Below, in pieces: positions 25,403 through 35,615 of a stretch of 64,000 nucleotides of DNA. The notes under the pieces are model-generated. The model was not told where the DNA came from. It searched no databases and saw only the letters and a program-made list of their open reading frames with translations. The position numbers and the translations under genes are program-made. Source of the stretch: a virus; IMG/VR virus record IMGVR_UViG_3300044714_000074, positions 1-64,000 of that record. One strand, 5' to 3'. Within the stretch, counting starts at the first letter, position 1, and the number at the start of each line of letters is the position of its first letter.

Positions 25403-26845
25403 TTAACCTTGTGTCACGGTGATGCCGGAGCCGAGAGGATCGGTATAGAAGCTAGATTCGATGTCGCCGAAAACGAGCAGCGTCCCGGCCTGTGGCGGCG
25501 TCACGATGCCGTTGATCGAGACCGTGAAGGTCAGCACCGATATTTGCGAGGGATCGAGCACGCTCGCCACGGCCGTCTGGAAGGTGCTGTTCATGACCCC
25601 GACGTTGATCGGTTGTCCGGCCACGATCGAGTCGATGTAAGCCGCGATCGCCGGCGCCGCGAGCTGCGCGACGGCCGCCTGCGAGACGAAGTTCGGCTGC
25701 GCCGTGTTCCACAGCACCGCGATCGTCACCGCCTGCTGCGGCGGGTCGACGAAAATCACCGAGTAGGTGTTCGGGTAGTCGAGAAGATTGACGGAAACAT
25801 TGCGGAGATTCGGTGTCAGGACGCCGCCGCCGCTGTAGGCCGGGTAGCCGCTGGTGTTGATTCCGATGCTGAAGGACTTCTCGGTGAGAACGGTGACAGT
25901 GAACGATTCGCCGTTGAGCGGAATCATCCCCTGGATTCCGGTCGCGACCGCGACCTGCCCGCTCGAGTAGTTGTGGTTCAGGTTCGTCGTGATCACGGCG
26001 TCCGCGGCCTGCGTGACATTCGTGATCGCAAGCGTCGAGCCGACGAGCGTCGAGACGTCAAAAAGCGCCTGGAAGATCGCGAGCGCGACCTCGTAGGGAT
26101 CGCCGCCGCCGCAGATGACCTCCCAGCCACCACCGGCCGCCGTCTGCTGGATGACCGAGATCAGCCTTTGCTGGACCCCGGGAACAGTGCCGAGGAGCGT
26201 CTTGAGGAAGGTCGGCATCCCCTGCGCCACCGCCTGTCCGGCTTGGAGGACGCGGGCACGGTACTGCTCCGAGGTCTCCGCCGGACCGCCGGAAATCCCG
26301 GCCGCCGGGTTCGAGCAGGTCAGCACTATGCCCGACGGAACCGAGGTCACCAGGTTTGTCACGGTGCCGGCCGGGACCGCCCAGGAGCCAGCGATCGTCG
26401 CTTGGCAGAACAGCGGCGCCGAGGTTCCACCGGAGGCCACGACGCCACCGTCCTGGACGACGTACTGGTAGGTGCCATCGGAGACCGTGAAGCCGACCGG
26501 GATCACGAAGCCGACTGTCCCGGTGAACTCGACGTAGACCGACGTGTTCGTCGGCACCGCCGGCGCCGAGCCGGGACCGATGTAAATCTGGCCGAGCTCG
26601 AGCAGCGTGAAATCGTTGGCACCGAACGGGGTTAGCGAGTTGATGGTCTCGACGCGCGCCGAGTCGATCTCGGCGAGGCCGCCGACCTGCGTGCTGGAAA
26701 CGTCCTCGATTAGCGATCCCGGAAGCGACGACGTGTAACCCGGCACGGTCGCCGCGACAGAGGCGAGGAGCGCGGCGAGCAGCGCGGCCGGCGGCGTCGG
26801 CTGCGCGCCGGCGGCCGTGACAACTACGGGAATGTCCGCGCTCAT
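25403..26845 (-). CDS. baseplate J-like protein
   Basis: PGYT..LPGSLIEDV, GGPAETSEQYRARV; position in the baseplate cluster. Confidence 0.88.
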   Translation of the reverse strand: MSADIPVVVTAAGAQPTPPAALLAALLASVAATVPGYTSSLPGSLIEDVSSTQVGGLAEIDSARVETINSLTPFGANDFTLLELGQIYIGPGSAPAVPTNTSVYVEFTGTVGFVIPVGFTVSDGTYQYVVQDGGVVASGGTSAPLFCQATIAGSWAVPAGTVTNLVTSVPSGIVLTCSNPAAGISGGPAETSEQYRARVLQAGQAVAQGMPTFLKTLLGTVPGVQQRLISVIQQTAAGGGWEVICGGGDPYEVALAIFQALFDVSTLVGSTLAITNVTQAADAVITTNLNHNYSSGQVAVATGIQGMIPLNGESFTVTVLTEKSFSIGINTSGYPAYSGGGVLTPNLRNVSVNLLDYPNTYSVIFVDPPQQAVTIAVLWNTAQPNFVSQAAVAQLAAPAIAAYIDSIVAGQPINVGVMNSTFQTAVASVLDPSQISVLTFTVSINGIVTPPQAGTLLVFGDIESSFYTDPLGSGITVTQG

Positions 26846-27219
26846 TCCGGCACCTGCAGCACGGCGACTGCTCCCTGGTTCGTAACCACGTTTATCTTAT
26901 AACTCGGCGGATTGCTTCCCAATTTCGTGACGATCAGAGAGGCGAAGTATTGCGAGAACTGCTGCTGCGTCCGCGTGACGTAAAAATCCGGCTGAACCTG
27001 CTGGATGATGGTCTGCTGATCGGGGATGCCGTAGTTGGCGTAGAACGGCGATTCGCCGAGGTTCAGGAGCAAGACTTGGCACAGAGTTGTAAGCCAGACA
27101 GAATCATCGAACCCGTTCGCGTCGGTCGTGACCTCTTGCCAGTAAGGATAGCCGGCGGGCTGCGGCACCTTTCGGCTGCCGTCCGAATTGAGCGCGAAAA
27201 CGCGACCCCACGTTCTCAT
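26842..27219 (-). CDS. baseplate wedge/sheath-initiator-like protein
   Basis: MRTWGR...LNLGESPFYANYGIP; lies between spike and J. Confidence 0.7.
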   Translation of the reverse strand: MRTWGRVFALNSDGSRKVPQPAGYPYWQEVTTDANGFDDSVWLTTLCQVLLLNLGESPFYANYGIPDQQTIIQQVQPDFYVTRTQQQFSQYFASLIVTKLGSNPPSYKINVVTNQGAVAVLQVPE

Positions 27220-27226
27220 GGTATCG

Positions 27227-28327
27227 TCATCCGATCACCAGCACCGAATATGTCACGGTCGCCACCGGCACTGTACCATTGAAAGTGTTCGTGACGGTGA
27301 GCGTGACTGTGTTCGTCGCCGAGACGTAGGCGGTAAGGATTATCAGGCCGTCGATCGCGGCGTTCTGTCCAAGAGAAACGGCATCGCCGACCTGCGCTCC
27401 GGCGACCGTGACGGTCTCGGTCTGCGAATCGAAGGCTCCGAGCGAGCCGCCGAAGTTTGTCGTGATCGAGCCGGCGAGAATGCGTGCGACTGCGACGCCG
27501 CCGTTGACGGTGAAGTTTCCCTCGATCGCGAGATCGGCTTCCGCCGTGAGGAGGCCTTCGATCGTCGCGGCACCCTCAGCGATCAGAAGCCCGGAGATGG
27601 TTGCCGGACCATCAAGGGCGATTGGTTCGCCGCTGGCTGGCGTGATCGCGACGCCGCCGGCCGACGTCGCGACGGAGTTCCCGAACTTGTCGATGAGGGA
27701 GAGCCCGCCGGCACCGGTGATTATTTCGTTGCCGTTGTCGTCGATAATCGAGACCCCGCTCGCAGTAGTCGCGATCTCGTTGCCATTCTTGTCGACGATC
27801 GAGATTCCGGTTGCGCTGGTCGTGATGGTGTTGCCGTTGCCGTCCTTCAGCACGTTGCCGGTCGACTTGATCGTGAGCGATGAGGTCTTGTCCGTCGTGC
27901 GGATGATCGCACCATCGGGACCGTAGATCACAACCGCGTTGGGATCGTCGGTCGGGCTCCAGTTCTTGTTGCCGATCGGCGACCAGATCAGCGTCGAGAG
28001 GTTCGCCCGCTGCGAGAGGTCCGCCGTCCCGCCGCCGAGCCCGCTGACGCCGCCGAGATAGGCGTCCGCTGTCATCACCCAACCGAGGCATCCCGGCTGG
28101 ATCGGCAGCCGGACGTACTCGGAACCGATCATCGGCACGGTGACGTTCGGCAGCGTATATGGCGTGTTCGTCAGCTCGAACTTGACCGTGACGATCCCGG
28201 AGCCGACCACCGAGACGATGGAGGCCGGGAGCGATTGGCCGATGATCGCCATCGCTCCGCGGACCTTCCGCTCCGCGAACTGGTTGAGCGTGCGGGCGAG
28301 CGGTGTTTTTTGGCTGCTGTCTGCCAA
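27227..28327 (-). CDS. baseplate spike (Gp138/gpV-like)
   Basis: OB-fold N-terminus LPASIVSV...LPNVTVP followed by beta-helix repeats. Confidence 0.75.
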   Translation of the reverse strand: MADSSQKTPLARTLNQFAERKVRGAMAIIGQSLPASIVSVVGSGIVTVKFELTNTPYTLPNVTVPMIGSEYVRLPIQPGCLGWVMTADAYLGGVSGLGGGTADLSQRANLSTLIWSPIGNKNWSPTDDPNAVVIYGPDGAIIRTTDKTSSLTIKSTGNVLKDGNGNTITTSATGISIVDKNGNEIATTASGVSIIDDNGNEIITGAGGLSLIDKFGNSVATSAGGVAITPASGEPIALDGPATISGLLIAEGAATIEGLLTAEADLAIEGNFTVNGGVAVARILAGSITTNFGGSLGAFDSQTETVTVAGAQVGDAVSLGQNAAIDGLIILTAYVSATNTVTLTVTNTFNGTVPVATVTYSVLVIG

Positions 28328-28342
28328 CGATGACCCCCGACT

Positions 28343-29368
28343 TTATGCCGCGGCCGCGGCGCCGACGAGCTTGTTCGGCGCCAAGTCTACCACGGTCACC
28401 CAGGAATCCGCCGTCGGTTGCCGGAAGTTTCCGACGTGCCGTAGCCCGGTGACATAGAAGCCGCCCTGGAACGTCGCGTTGAGGTTTATCAACGAGGTCG
28501 GCGCCGCCGACGAGTTCGTGATCAGCGCCTTCGGCATCGTGATGGCGCCGAAGTACGGAAGGTCGGCGCGCATCACGGTTTTCATCTGGATCGTAGCACC
28601 TTCGAGCCACGTCGGCTGGCCGATGAGGTCCTGGAAGGCGATCTGCACGTTGCCGGCCGGGTTGTCGCTGACGGCGATCGTCGATCCGGCGACCGAGATG
28701 TTCACTCCGGGATAGTTCGCGGTCTTGATGACGTCGAGGCTGGTCTGAAGGACGTACTGCGACAGCTGCTCCAGCGTCGGATAGAAGCCGACCTCATCGT
28801 TCGGCCGGACCAGGCCGGAGTTTATGTTGATCTTCACCGTGGAGCCGGGGAAGGCGGTCTGCAGCGACGTTTGCAGCGCCGACGCCAGCGTCGTCCCGGC
28901 CTTCCAGTTCAGCACGATGTTCTTCGGCTGCGCCAGCGTGCCGACGCCGCCCTTGGTCGACGAGTTTCCGAACAGCGGAACAATGACGAAGTCGAGCGTC
29001 TGGTCGGTCCCGATCCAGTTGCCGAACGCCTGGAAGATCGTCCCCTGGACGAGAAGCCCGGCCTGCGCCGGATTCGCCAGCGGGAGACCTTTTTGCATCC
29101 CGCCGTAGACCGCGATGTTCTTGCCGTTGAGATTGGCGGCTTGGTTGATCTCCTGGATACTAATTCCCCAGACGCGGAGGATGCCGGAGCCCTGCGGCGT
29201 CGCCTGCCCGATCACCGGAATATCCAATTCGATATTCCAAGCCGACGGCAAGGTTTGCCCATTGACAAATGATGTATAGCTCGCGCCGCCGAGCAGGCCG
29301 GCAAAGCCGGGCGGGACGAAGACCTGCCCGCTGCTCGGATCGGTGATGACGATCTTGTAGTACCTCAT
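28343..29368 (-). CDS. baseplate hub protein
   Basis: MRYYKI, GGMQKGLPLANP, QAFGNW, DLIGQPTW, HVGNFR. Confidence 0.8.
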   Translation of the reverse strand: MRYYKIVITDPSSGQVFVPPGFAGLLGGASYTSFVNGQTLPSAWNIELDIPVIGQATPQGSGILRVWGISIQEINQAANLNGKNIAVYGGMQKGLPLANPAQAGLLVQGTIFQAFGNWIGTDQTLDFVIVPLFGNSSTKGGVGTLAQPKNIVLNWKAGTTLASALQTSLQTAFPGSTVKININSGLVRPNDEVGFYPTLEQLSQYVLQTSLDVIKTANYPGVNISVAGSTIAVSDNPAGNVQIAFQDLIGQPTWLEGATIQMKTVMRADLPYFGAITMPKALITNSSAAPTSLINLNATFQGGFYVTGLRHVGNFRQPTADSWVTVVDLAPNKLVGAAAAA

Positions 29369-29463
29369 GGGAAAAATTCGTCCGCCAGAGCGACGAGCGG
29401 AATCAACGGCTTAACGTCGAAGTGGACGACTTCTTGGGAAAATCTATTTTTTTCGTCCACCCT

Positions 29464-29793
29464 TCAGCACTCCTCGAAGACGCCGTTTGTCAGGTAACCA
29501 TGCCAGTGATAGCCGGGCTTTCCCTGGTCGGCGCCCTGATGATGGATTCCGATCGACGGTTTCAGCGTCATGTGCTGATCGTCTCCGGTGCGCGTCCACA
29601 TCGGCGTTCGATCTTCCGGCGCCCATGCCTCCGGGTTGAGCCGAACGAACGACCATCGTCCACACCCGCACGGACAGCAATGGCTGAAGCCGACAATCTC
29701 CTTACTATCCGGATGGAGCGTGAACTGGATCGCTCCCGGCTTGCCGGGCATCTCCAGCACGTCGACGATAAATGATGCGGCGTTGCGCTTCAT
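29464..29793 (-). CDS. DUF6527-like Cys/His protein
   Basis: CCPCGCG...W...TLKPSI...HWHGYLTNG. Confidence 0.7.
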   Translation of the reverse strand: MKRNAASFIVDVLEMPGKPGAIQFTLHPDSKEIVGFSHCCPCGCGRWSFVRLNPEAWAPEDRTPMWTRTGDDQHMTLKPSIGIHHQGADQGKPGYHWHGYLTNGVFEEC

Positions 29794-30299
29794 TCGGAGG
29801 TCTCAAATTGATTCGCCTGCTCCCGAAACACCAGCGTCGACGTGAAGGGATCACCGTTCACGTCCAACAGGCCGCCGATCAGGTTGATGTTGTAGGCAAC
29901 CATCCCTAGGACCGTCGCCGCGCCGGGATCGGCCGCGATCGGCCAGGAGAATGCGCTCGGCCCGGTGATCAAACACGGCACCAGACCGTTGAAGGCGTCC
30001 GGCGAGCAGCCGGAGATCGTCAGACCCACGGTCGATCCGATCTTGTAGCCATGAGGATTGACCGTCGTCGCGATGGCGCGCCCGTTCGCCCAGGACAGCG
30101 CCTGGAGCGCGATACCCGTCGGCGAGCCGACGACGGCGCGGCAGCAGGTCAGCGAGCCATCCGGTGCATAGAGGTTCAGGTAGAAACGCTGGCCGAACAA
30201 ACTCCAAGTTATGACCGCGCTGTAAACCTCACCGTCGAGTTCCGGAGAGAATAAGAATGGAGAAACCGTCGTCGGAACAAAGTTGGTGAAAGTCGTCAT
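29790..30299 (-). CDS. baseplate plug-like protein
   Basis: PFLFSPELDG.VY...WSLFGQRFYL; ATG at 30299. Confidence 0.7.
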   Translation of the reverse strand: MTTFTNFVPTTVSPFLFSPELDGEVYSAVITWSLFGQRFYLNLYAPDGSLTCCRAVVGSPTGIALQALSWANGRAIATTVNPHGYKIGSTVGLTISGCSPDAFNGLVPCLITGPSAFSWPIAADPGAATVLGMVAYNINLIGGLLDVNGDPFTSTLVFREQANQFETSE

Positions 30300-31042
30300 G
30301 GTCCATTCGCTCCGATGAGCGGCGACGCCACCCCCGAACCGACCGGGGCCTGCGCCGAGGGCACGACCGCAGGCGCCGCGATGCTTCCCGGATTGCCGAC
30401 CGCCGGTCCTAACCCGGACCAGGCCGGCGCGCCGCTGATCGGCACGCCGCCGCTTATCATCGACATCAGGTTGTTCTGCGCGTTCTGCGCGTCCTGGAGC
30501 GTCAGCAGCGGCAGCTCGAAGTCCCACTGCCAAGTGTTCTGCGCCTGCGCGTCGTCGCTCCCGGAAACATCAACAAGCCGGAGGAAGACCGCGTTGGTGT
30601 AGAGGAACGACGGCGTCGCCACGATGTACGTCCCGCCGGAGGCGTTGTGCTGCTTGATCACCGCCTGGAGCGCCATCATCGTCGCCAGCTTCGCAGCGTA
30701 GCCGGATGGATCCTTCACCGGGCAGATCATGCGCAGCGAGATGTTCGTCGGCTGCGCGATCACAGCGTTCGCCGCCACGGCCTGGTTGGCGAACGGATAC
30801 TTGCCGATCTGCTGCTCGAGAAGCGAAGCGCCGGCGATCGGGATGAAGCTCGCGAAGAAATCGTCGAGGTCAGTCAGCTCATCGCCGCCGGAAAGCAGGC
30901 CGTCGACGAAACTCAATGCCTGCGTGATCGCGACCACGGGCAGCATGCCGCCCGGAATGTTCTGCGCGATCCCGCCCTGGAAAATGATGGGCGATAATGT
31001 GAACGAGAGTTTGAAGGCCGCGAGGCCCGCCGAGATTCCCAT
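30296..31042 (-). CDS. tail tube initiator/Dit-like protein
   Basis: Follows the tape measure; YPFANQAVAANA, HNASGGTY, WQWDF..PL. Confidence 0.7.
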   Translation of the reverse strand: MGISAGLAAFKLSFTLSPIIFQGGIAQNIPGGMLPVVAITQALSFVDGLLSGGDELTDLDDFFASFIPIAGASLLEQQIGKYPFANQAVAANAVIAQPTNISLRMICPVKDPSGYAAKLATMMALQAVIKQHNASGGTYIVATPSFLYTNAVFLRLVDVSGSDDAQAQNTWQWDFELPLLTLQDAQNAQNNLMSMISGGVPISGAPAWSGLGPAVGNPGSIAAPAVVPSAQAPVGSGVASPLIGANGP

Positions 31043-31043
31043 G

Positions 31044-32735
31044 TCAGTTCTTCAGCCCGTTGACGGTGACGTTCGCGTTGCCGCCGGTGTTGTTGTTGAT
31101 CTCGACCTGGACCTTGTCGTAGCCCTTCACGCTTCTCGCGTATGCCACGTAATCGCGACCATAGGGACCTAGCTTCATATCATCGCCCCGAGCTTTTCCG
31201 CTATGATAGGCGGCAAGAACGCGATCGAGATTGCCGTGATAGCGTTTAAGCAAGTCGGCGAGAATGATCTTGGCGGTAGCCTCATTGTAGGCAACGTCCT
31301 GAAGCCTGCTCGGATCGCGGCCATACTGCTTCGCCGTGCCCGGCATGATCTGATAAAGGCCGGTCGCGCCATAAGGCGAGACGGCATGCTCCATTCCCGG
31401 ACGGCCTCTCGTTTCATCCTGTCGGACCAACGATAGAAGGTCGGTCATCGGATCGCCGCTGATTGGAATCTGCGGGAAGGATGCCCATGCACTGTTTCGC
31501 AATAGCCAATTCGCGGCTGGATTCTGTACGGTTTCACCGCGAGCAATTCGACGTGAATTTGCCGCCGCCAGGCGATCGCTGATTCGAGCGCGACCTTCCG
31601 TCTTGTCGCCGCCAAAGCCGAACCATGAAAGAAAGTGCCCAATCGCAGAAGCCATATTGCCGACACCAGTGACGAAGTTTTCAACTTTTGTCGCAAACTC
31701 GTCGGTTCCTATATAGGCGGCAAATTTCTCAAGGCCCTGATCGACAGTTTTAATCCAGCGCTCCAGCGCCGGACTGCCGAGGAAAGCGCGAACAACATTC
31801 TCGAAAGCACCAGATAGTTTATCGAGCCCCGGTGCCAGAGGCGCCAAGCCGCGCACAAAGGTGTTGAAGATCGACGTGCTGGCGTTGGAGAGCTGCGTCG
31901 AGAGGTCCTGCCACGACTTCTGGACGTCCTGCGGAAGGTCGAACTGCGTCCGGCGGGTGCCGTACTGCTTGAGCAGTTGCGCGAACTCGCCCGGCGACGT
32001 ATTGCGAAGCCGTTCCAGGTCCTCCGGGGAAACGAACTGCCCCAACTGGCGGGCGCCGATCACCTGCGCGAAGAGTGCCGGGTTCGTCGTGTCCGCGATC
32101 CTCTTGAGGTTTTGCAGAAGCGCCACGGCGGTCTGCGCGGTGTCGCCTGCGATCTCTCCTGGCGTCAGGCCGGCACCGAGAAGGCCGACGCGCTTGGTGA
32201 CGTCGAACTTCGCCCCGGCGACGCCGCCGAGGAAGGAATCCGGATCGACGAGCCGCGCGAAGTTGGAGAAAGCTTGCTGTTCGCCGTAGCCGAGGCCGAG
32301 CCCGAGCGAGGATCGGCGGCCGGCCGATACTCCAAGCGCCAGACGATCAATACCGAAGAGGCTACCAGCACCAAGCAACCCCGTAACAGCGGTAGTTATG
32401 GCGCCCCATCGCAAAAGCGACAGGGTGATGTCTTTGACATTGGATGCGACGCTCTTGGTGCTGCGCGCAATATCGCGCCATCTGTCGGCGGTCGTGCGCG
32501 TGATTCGGTCGGCTTCTTTTTGAGCGATTAGAGCCAGCTTTGCCTGAACATTTTGGGCCGCAAATTTGGCAACTAGCTTTTCAAAACCAGCACCCGTGCC
32601 CTTGATTTCCTGATTGATCTTTTGCCATGCGGCCGGGGTTGCCTGAAGCAATGCCTGATATTGCTTGTAAGTGTTGTAAAACTTTTGAAAATTGACATCG
32701 TTGACATCGATGTCGAGTACGCTGCGAACAGTCAT
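31044..32735 (-). CDS. tape measure protein with C-terminal SLT lytic transglycosylase domain
   Basis: Helical N-terminus; QDET...AVSPYGATGLYQIMPGTA...LAAYH. Confidence 0.88.
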   Translation of the reverse strand: MTVRSVLDIDVNDVNFQKFYNTYKQYQALLQATPAAWQKINQEIKGTGAGFEKLVAKFAAQNVQAKLALIAQKEADRITRTTADRWRDIARSTKSVASNVKDITLSLLRWGAITTAVTGLLGAGSLFGIDRLALGVSAGRRSSLGLGLGYGEQQAFSNFARLVDPDSFLGGVAGAKFDVTKRVGLLGAGLTPGEIAGDTAQTAVALLQNLKRIADTTNPALFAQVIGARQLGQFVSPEDLERLRNTSPGEFAQLLKQYGTRRTQFDLPQDVQKSWQDLSTQLSNASTSIFNTFVRGLAPLAPGLDKLSGAFENVVRAFLGSPALERWIKTVDQGLEKFAAYIGTDEFATKVENFVTGVGNMASAIGHFLSWFGFGGDKTEGRARISDRLAAANSRRIARGETVQNPAANWLLRNSAWASFPQIPISGDPMTDLLSLVRQDETRGRPGMEHAVSPYGATGLYQIMPGTAKQYGRDPSRLQDVAYNEATAKIILADLLKRYHGNLDRVLAAYHSGKARGDDMKLGPYGRDYVAYARSVKGYDKVQVEINNNTGGNANVTVNGLKN

Positions 32736-32845
32736 TTTCAGTTACCCCGCATTTCGCAAGTATCTCTGCCGAAATTCGTGGGCTGATTCATACTCCAAAT
32801 CGGCTTGCTTTATAAACTCAGAGAAGCCCTCCTCAGCCGCCCAAC

Positions 32846-33502
32846 TCAGCGCGGCACCGACAACGGTTTCCCGTCCAGCGTTGCAGCCGCAGGAGCGGGC
32901 TCCTCGCTCGCAGGTGCAGGGGACGTCGTCTCGCCAGAATTGGCGGTCGCGGTCGACGTCGGCAAGGAAGCGGCGAACTCCGTAGAGTTCAACGACGAGG
33001 TTCGCGCACCCCAGAGAGCGGAAGCGGTCTCGATCATCTCCTTGCGCTGCGCGCGATTCAGCGTCGCATATACGGCAATAAAAAAAACGATGGCGTTCTC
33101 GACCTCCGCACGGTCCTCGTCGCCGATGATCTTGCGGTCGACTGCGATTTGAAGCGGGATCGGCTGCCAGCCGTTCTCCGAAGGCGCGATGACCATCGTG
33201 AGGCGCCTGATCTCCTCGACGAGGCCATTCTTGACGCCGACCACGCCGGCGGCGGAATCATCCTCCCAAACGCCGGTTTTCTGCGCTAGCTGCCGGAGCA
33301 GGCGCATCGCCATGCCGGGCCCGGCCGCGGCGCCGAGTCCCTGGTTGAAGATCGCGGAGAACGTCTGGCCGAGAATGAGGAAGTGCTGGTCGACGACCTC
33401 GCGCGAGAGCGGCGTCGAGTGGACGTAGGCCCGGACGGTCTGCTCGTCGTCCTCATAGATCGGGACGACGAAGTGAAGCCGCTTGTCGATCCTGAGCGCC
33501 AC
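32846..33502 (-). CDS. tail assembly chaperone (frameshift-extended form ends at 32742)
   Basis: Between tube and tape measure; slippery GTT TTT TTT in NAIVFF. Confidence 0.75.
   Translation of the reverse strand: MALRIDKRLHFVVPIYEDDEQTVRAYVHSTPLSREVVDQHFLILGQTFSAIFNQGLGAAAGPGMAMRLLRQLAQKTGVWEDDSAAGVVGVKNGLVEEIRRLTMVIAPSENGWQPIPLQIAVDRKIIGDEDRAEVENAIVFFIAVYATLNRAQRKEMIETASALWGARTSSLNSTEFAASLPTSTATANSGETTSPAPASEEPAPAAATLDGKPLSVPR
33080..33088 (-). other. programmed -1 frameshift site GTTTTTTTT
   Basis: In-frame T TTT TTT heptamer; the -1 frame stays open to TAA at 32742-32744. Confidence 0.7.
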
Positions 33503-33518
33503 GTAACGATTCCGAGGT

Positions 33519-33962
33519 TTAATTAAAGAGCGAAGAGTTGACGTAGTACACGCCGCGGCAGGAGACGCCCCACACCGGGGTCGTGCCGCCGAGGTTGAGC
33601 TCGCCGACCGTCTCGATCGCCATGTTGCTGACCTGATACGGCGAGAGCCCGGAGGTCACGTCCGGCCATACGATTCCGTCACCGATCAGGGCCAACAACT
33701 CCATCTGCGCCTTGTAGGCGTCGGAAAGCGGCTGCGTCTTGAGCAGCGGGATCGTCACCGTGACGCCCATGTAGGGCTGCGGCGACTGGACGACCCCGGT
33801 CATCGTGCCGTGCTGGACCGACGATTCGCCGTCGAGCCGCAGCGTGATGCCGGCCTTGTCGAGGTACGGCGCCGAGACGTTCAGCACCGGGAAGTCGGTC
33901 CAGGTCACCGCCGCCTTGAGGAGGTTGAGCGTGCCCTGATCGACCAGCGGGTTTCCGGCCAT
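33519..33962 (-). CDS. tail tube protein
   Basis: NPLVDQGTLN...SPQPY; directly after the sheath. Confidence 0.8.
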   Translation of the reverse strand: MAGNPLVDQGTLNLLKAAVTWTDFPVLNVSAPYLDKAGITLRLDGESSVQHGTMTGVVQSPQPYMGVTVTIPLLKTQPLSDAYKAQMELLALIGDGIVWPDVTSGLSPYQVSNMAIETVGELNLGGTTPVWGVSCRGVYYVNSSLFN

Positions 33963-33977
33963 GTTGCAGTTCTCCTA

Positions 33978-35615
33978 TCAGGCCGCGAAGTTGCTGACGG
34001 TGATGTTGATCGTGATCGACTCGAACCCGCGCAGCGGGGTGTAGACGATCGAGAAGCCGCCGTAGGAGCCCGCCGCGTATGCGTTCGGATTCTCCGCGAT
34101 GTAGTCCTGGAACGGCTCCGCGTTGACGACGGTGTAGCCGTCGTAAGTGCCGGCGTTCAGCGCGGCGGCGAAGTCGGCGGCGTCGAGCGTCGTCAGCTTG
34201 ACGGGATTGAGAACGAGACCGTTCGTGATCCCGGTCGTCATCGTCGAGATCAAGACCTGCTGGAGCGCGTTGATGCCCTGCTGGTCGTAATAGATCGGGT
34301 TGATCGGGTTGTTCGATCCCTGGATCAGCGCGGCGGTGACGTTGAGCTGCGCGTTGATCTGAACCCAATCGACGGAATACCAGAAATTGAACGGGTTCCC
34401 GTCCATGGTGTTGCCGCCGATCAGGATGTCCTCGGAAATCCCGCCCTGCGCGCCGGTACCGACGACATTGATGTTGCCGGCGTTGAGCTCCGAGAGGATC
34501 GAGGCGTTGCCCTGCGTCGGGAACGGCGTCACCCCGAACAGGTAAGAGAGGTTCAGCGGCGTCACTTTGTTCGTCGACGACGGCTTGTAGTTCAGCGTCA
34601 CCCAATAATCGGAGGCGTGGCTGAACTCCGTCGACGGGATTCCGGACGAGGCGTAGAGGCTTTGCAGCAATTCTCCAAGCTGCGTTTCCGCCCCGATGCT
34701 CGACGGCACGCCGAACTCGAGCGTTGCCGCCGTGGTCTGAAGCCCGGCCTCGAAGTAGCCATTCCAGCCGGCGGGCAGGTTGCCGGCGAGCTGGAAGGTG
34801 TCGCCGGGAAGCACGTTGTGGTTCGTCGTCGTGACGGCCGAGGCGACGCCCGCGGTCTGCGAGAGCGAGATCAAGGCGTTCTGCGCCCAGACACCGTATT
34901 CCGGGCACTCGACCATCGCGACGATGCTTTTCATCGCCGACGTGTAGGCCTGCCAATTCTGCAGGCTCGTCGTGACGAAGAAGTAGGTCTTCGCCGTCGT
35001 CGCCTCAAAGTTCGCGGCGAGCGCCAGGAAGGCGGCGTTGCCGTCCCAGTAGCGCGGCACGAGGTAGGAGTAGAAGACGCCGGGATTCGCCGCAATCCAG
35101 GTCGTCAGGAAGGCGCAGCCGTCCGTGGCGTTGCCGGCGCCGAGTTCCAGGACGTAGACGCCCTGGCCGGAGCCCTGCGCGAAGAACGTCGTCGCCATCG
35201 CCAGCAGTTCGGAAACGTCCTCCAGCGTGTAGATGATCGTCCCGGTCGCCGGGGAGGTCGTCGATGACGGCACCGAGAAGGTGAAGGTGCTGGCCCCGGT
35301 GATCGTGCAGTATTGCGCGCCGTTGTAACTGGACTGGTTCGCCCCGGCGACCGTCAGCAGCAGCTTGTCGCCAACGGTGAAACCATGCGGGGCCGTCGTC
35401 GTGGCCAGCGCGTTGCCGCCGCTCTGCGTGATGCTGGAGATCGCGAGCGCGCCGGTGAGGATCGGCGTCAGACTCGAAAGCTGCGCCAGGAGCGTCTTCG
35501 TTCCCGGCGACGTGTTCGTGGCGCCCTGCGAGATGAAGGCGCCGGTCTTCTGCAGCGTCGACGGCGTCGGCGCCGAGAGGACGCTGACATTCACCGCCAC
35601 TATGGGATTGCTCAT
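33978..35615 (-). CDS. tail sheath protein (DUF3383-like)
   Basis: IVAVNVS, FFAQG, WYSVDWVQIN, NP.YYDQQGIN.LQ, PLRGF. Confidence 0.88.
   Translation of the reverse strand: MSNPIVAVNVSVLSAPTPSTLQKTGAFISQGATNTSPGTKTLLAQLSSLTPILTGALAISSITQSGGNALATTTAPHGFTVGDKLLLTVAGANQSSYNGAQYCTITGASTFTFSVPSSTTSPATGTIIYTLEDVSELLAMATTFFAQGSGQGVYVLELGAGNATDGCAFLTTWIAANPGVFYSYLVPRYWDGNAAFLALAANFEATTAKTYFFVTTSLQNWQAYTSAMKSIVAMVECPEYGVWAQNALISLSQTAGVASAVTTTNHNVLPGDTFQLAGNLPAGWNGYFEAGLQTTAATLEFGVPSSIGAETQLGELLQSLYASSGIPSTEFSHASDYWVTLNYKPSSTNKVTPLNLSYLFGVTPFPTQGNASILSELNAGNINVVGTGAQGGISEDILIGGNTMDGNPFNFWYSVDWVQINAQLNVTAALIQGSNNPINPIYYDQQGINALQQVLISTMTTGITNGLVLNPVKLTTLDAADFAAALNAGTYDGYTVVNAEPFQDYIAENPNAYAAGSYGGFSIVYTPLRGFESITINITVSNFAA

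Noticed and set aside
32866-32872. GGGAAAC near the chaperone stop as the frameshift site
   Set aside because: It is phased GGG AAA C rather than X XXY YYZ in the reading frame; the upstream T8 run fits the rule
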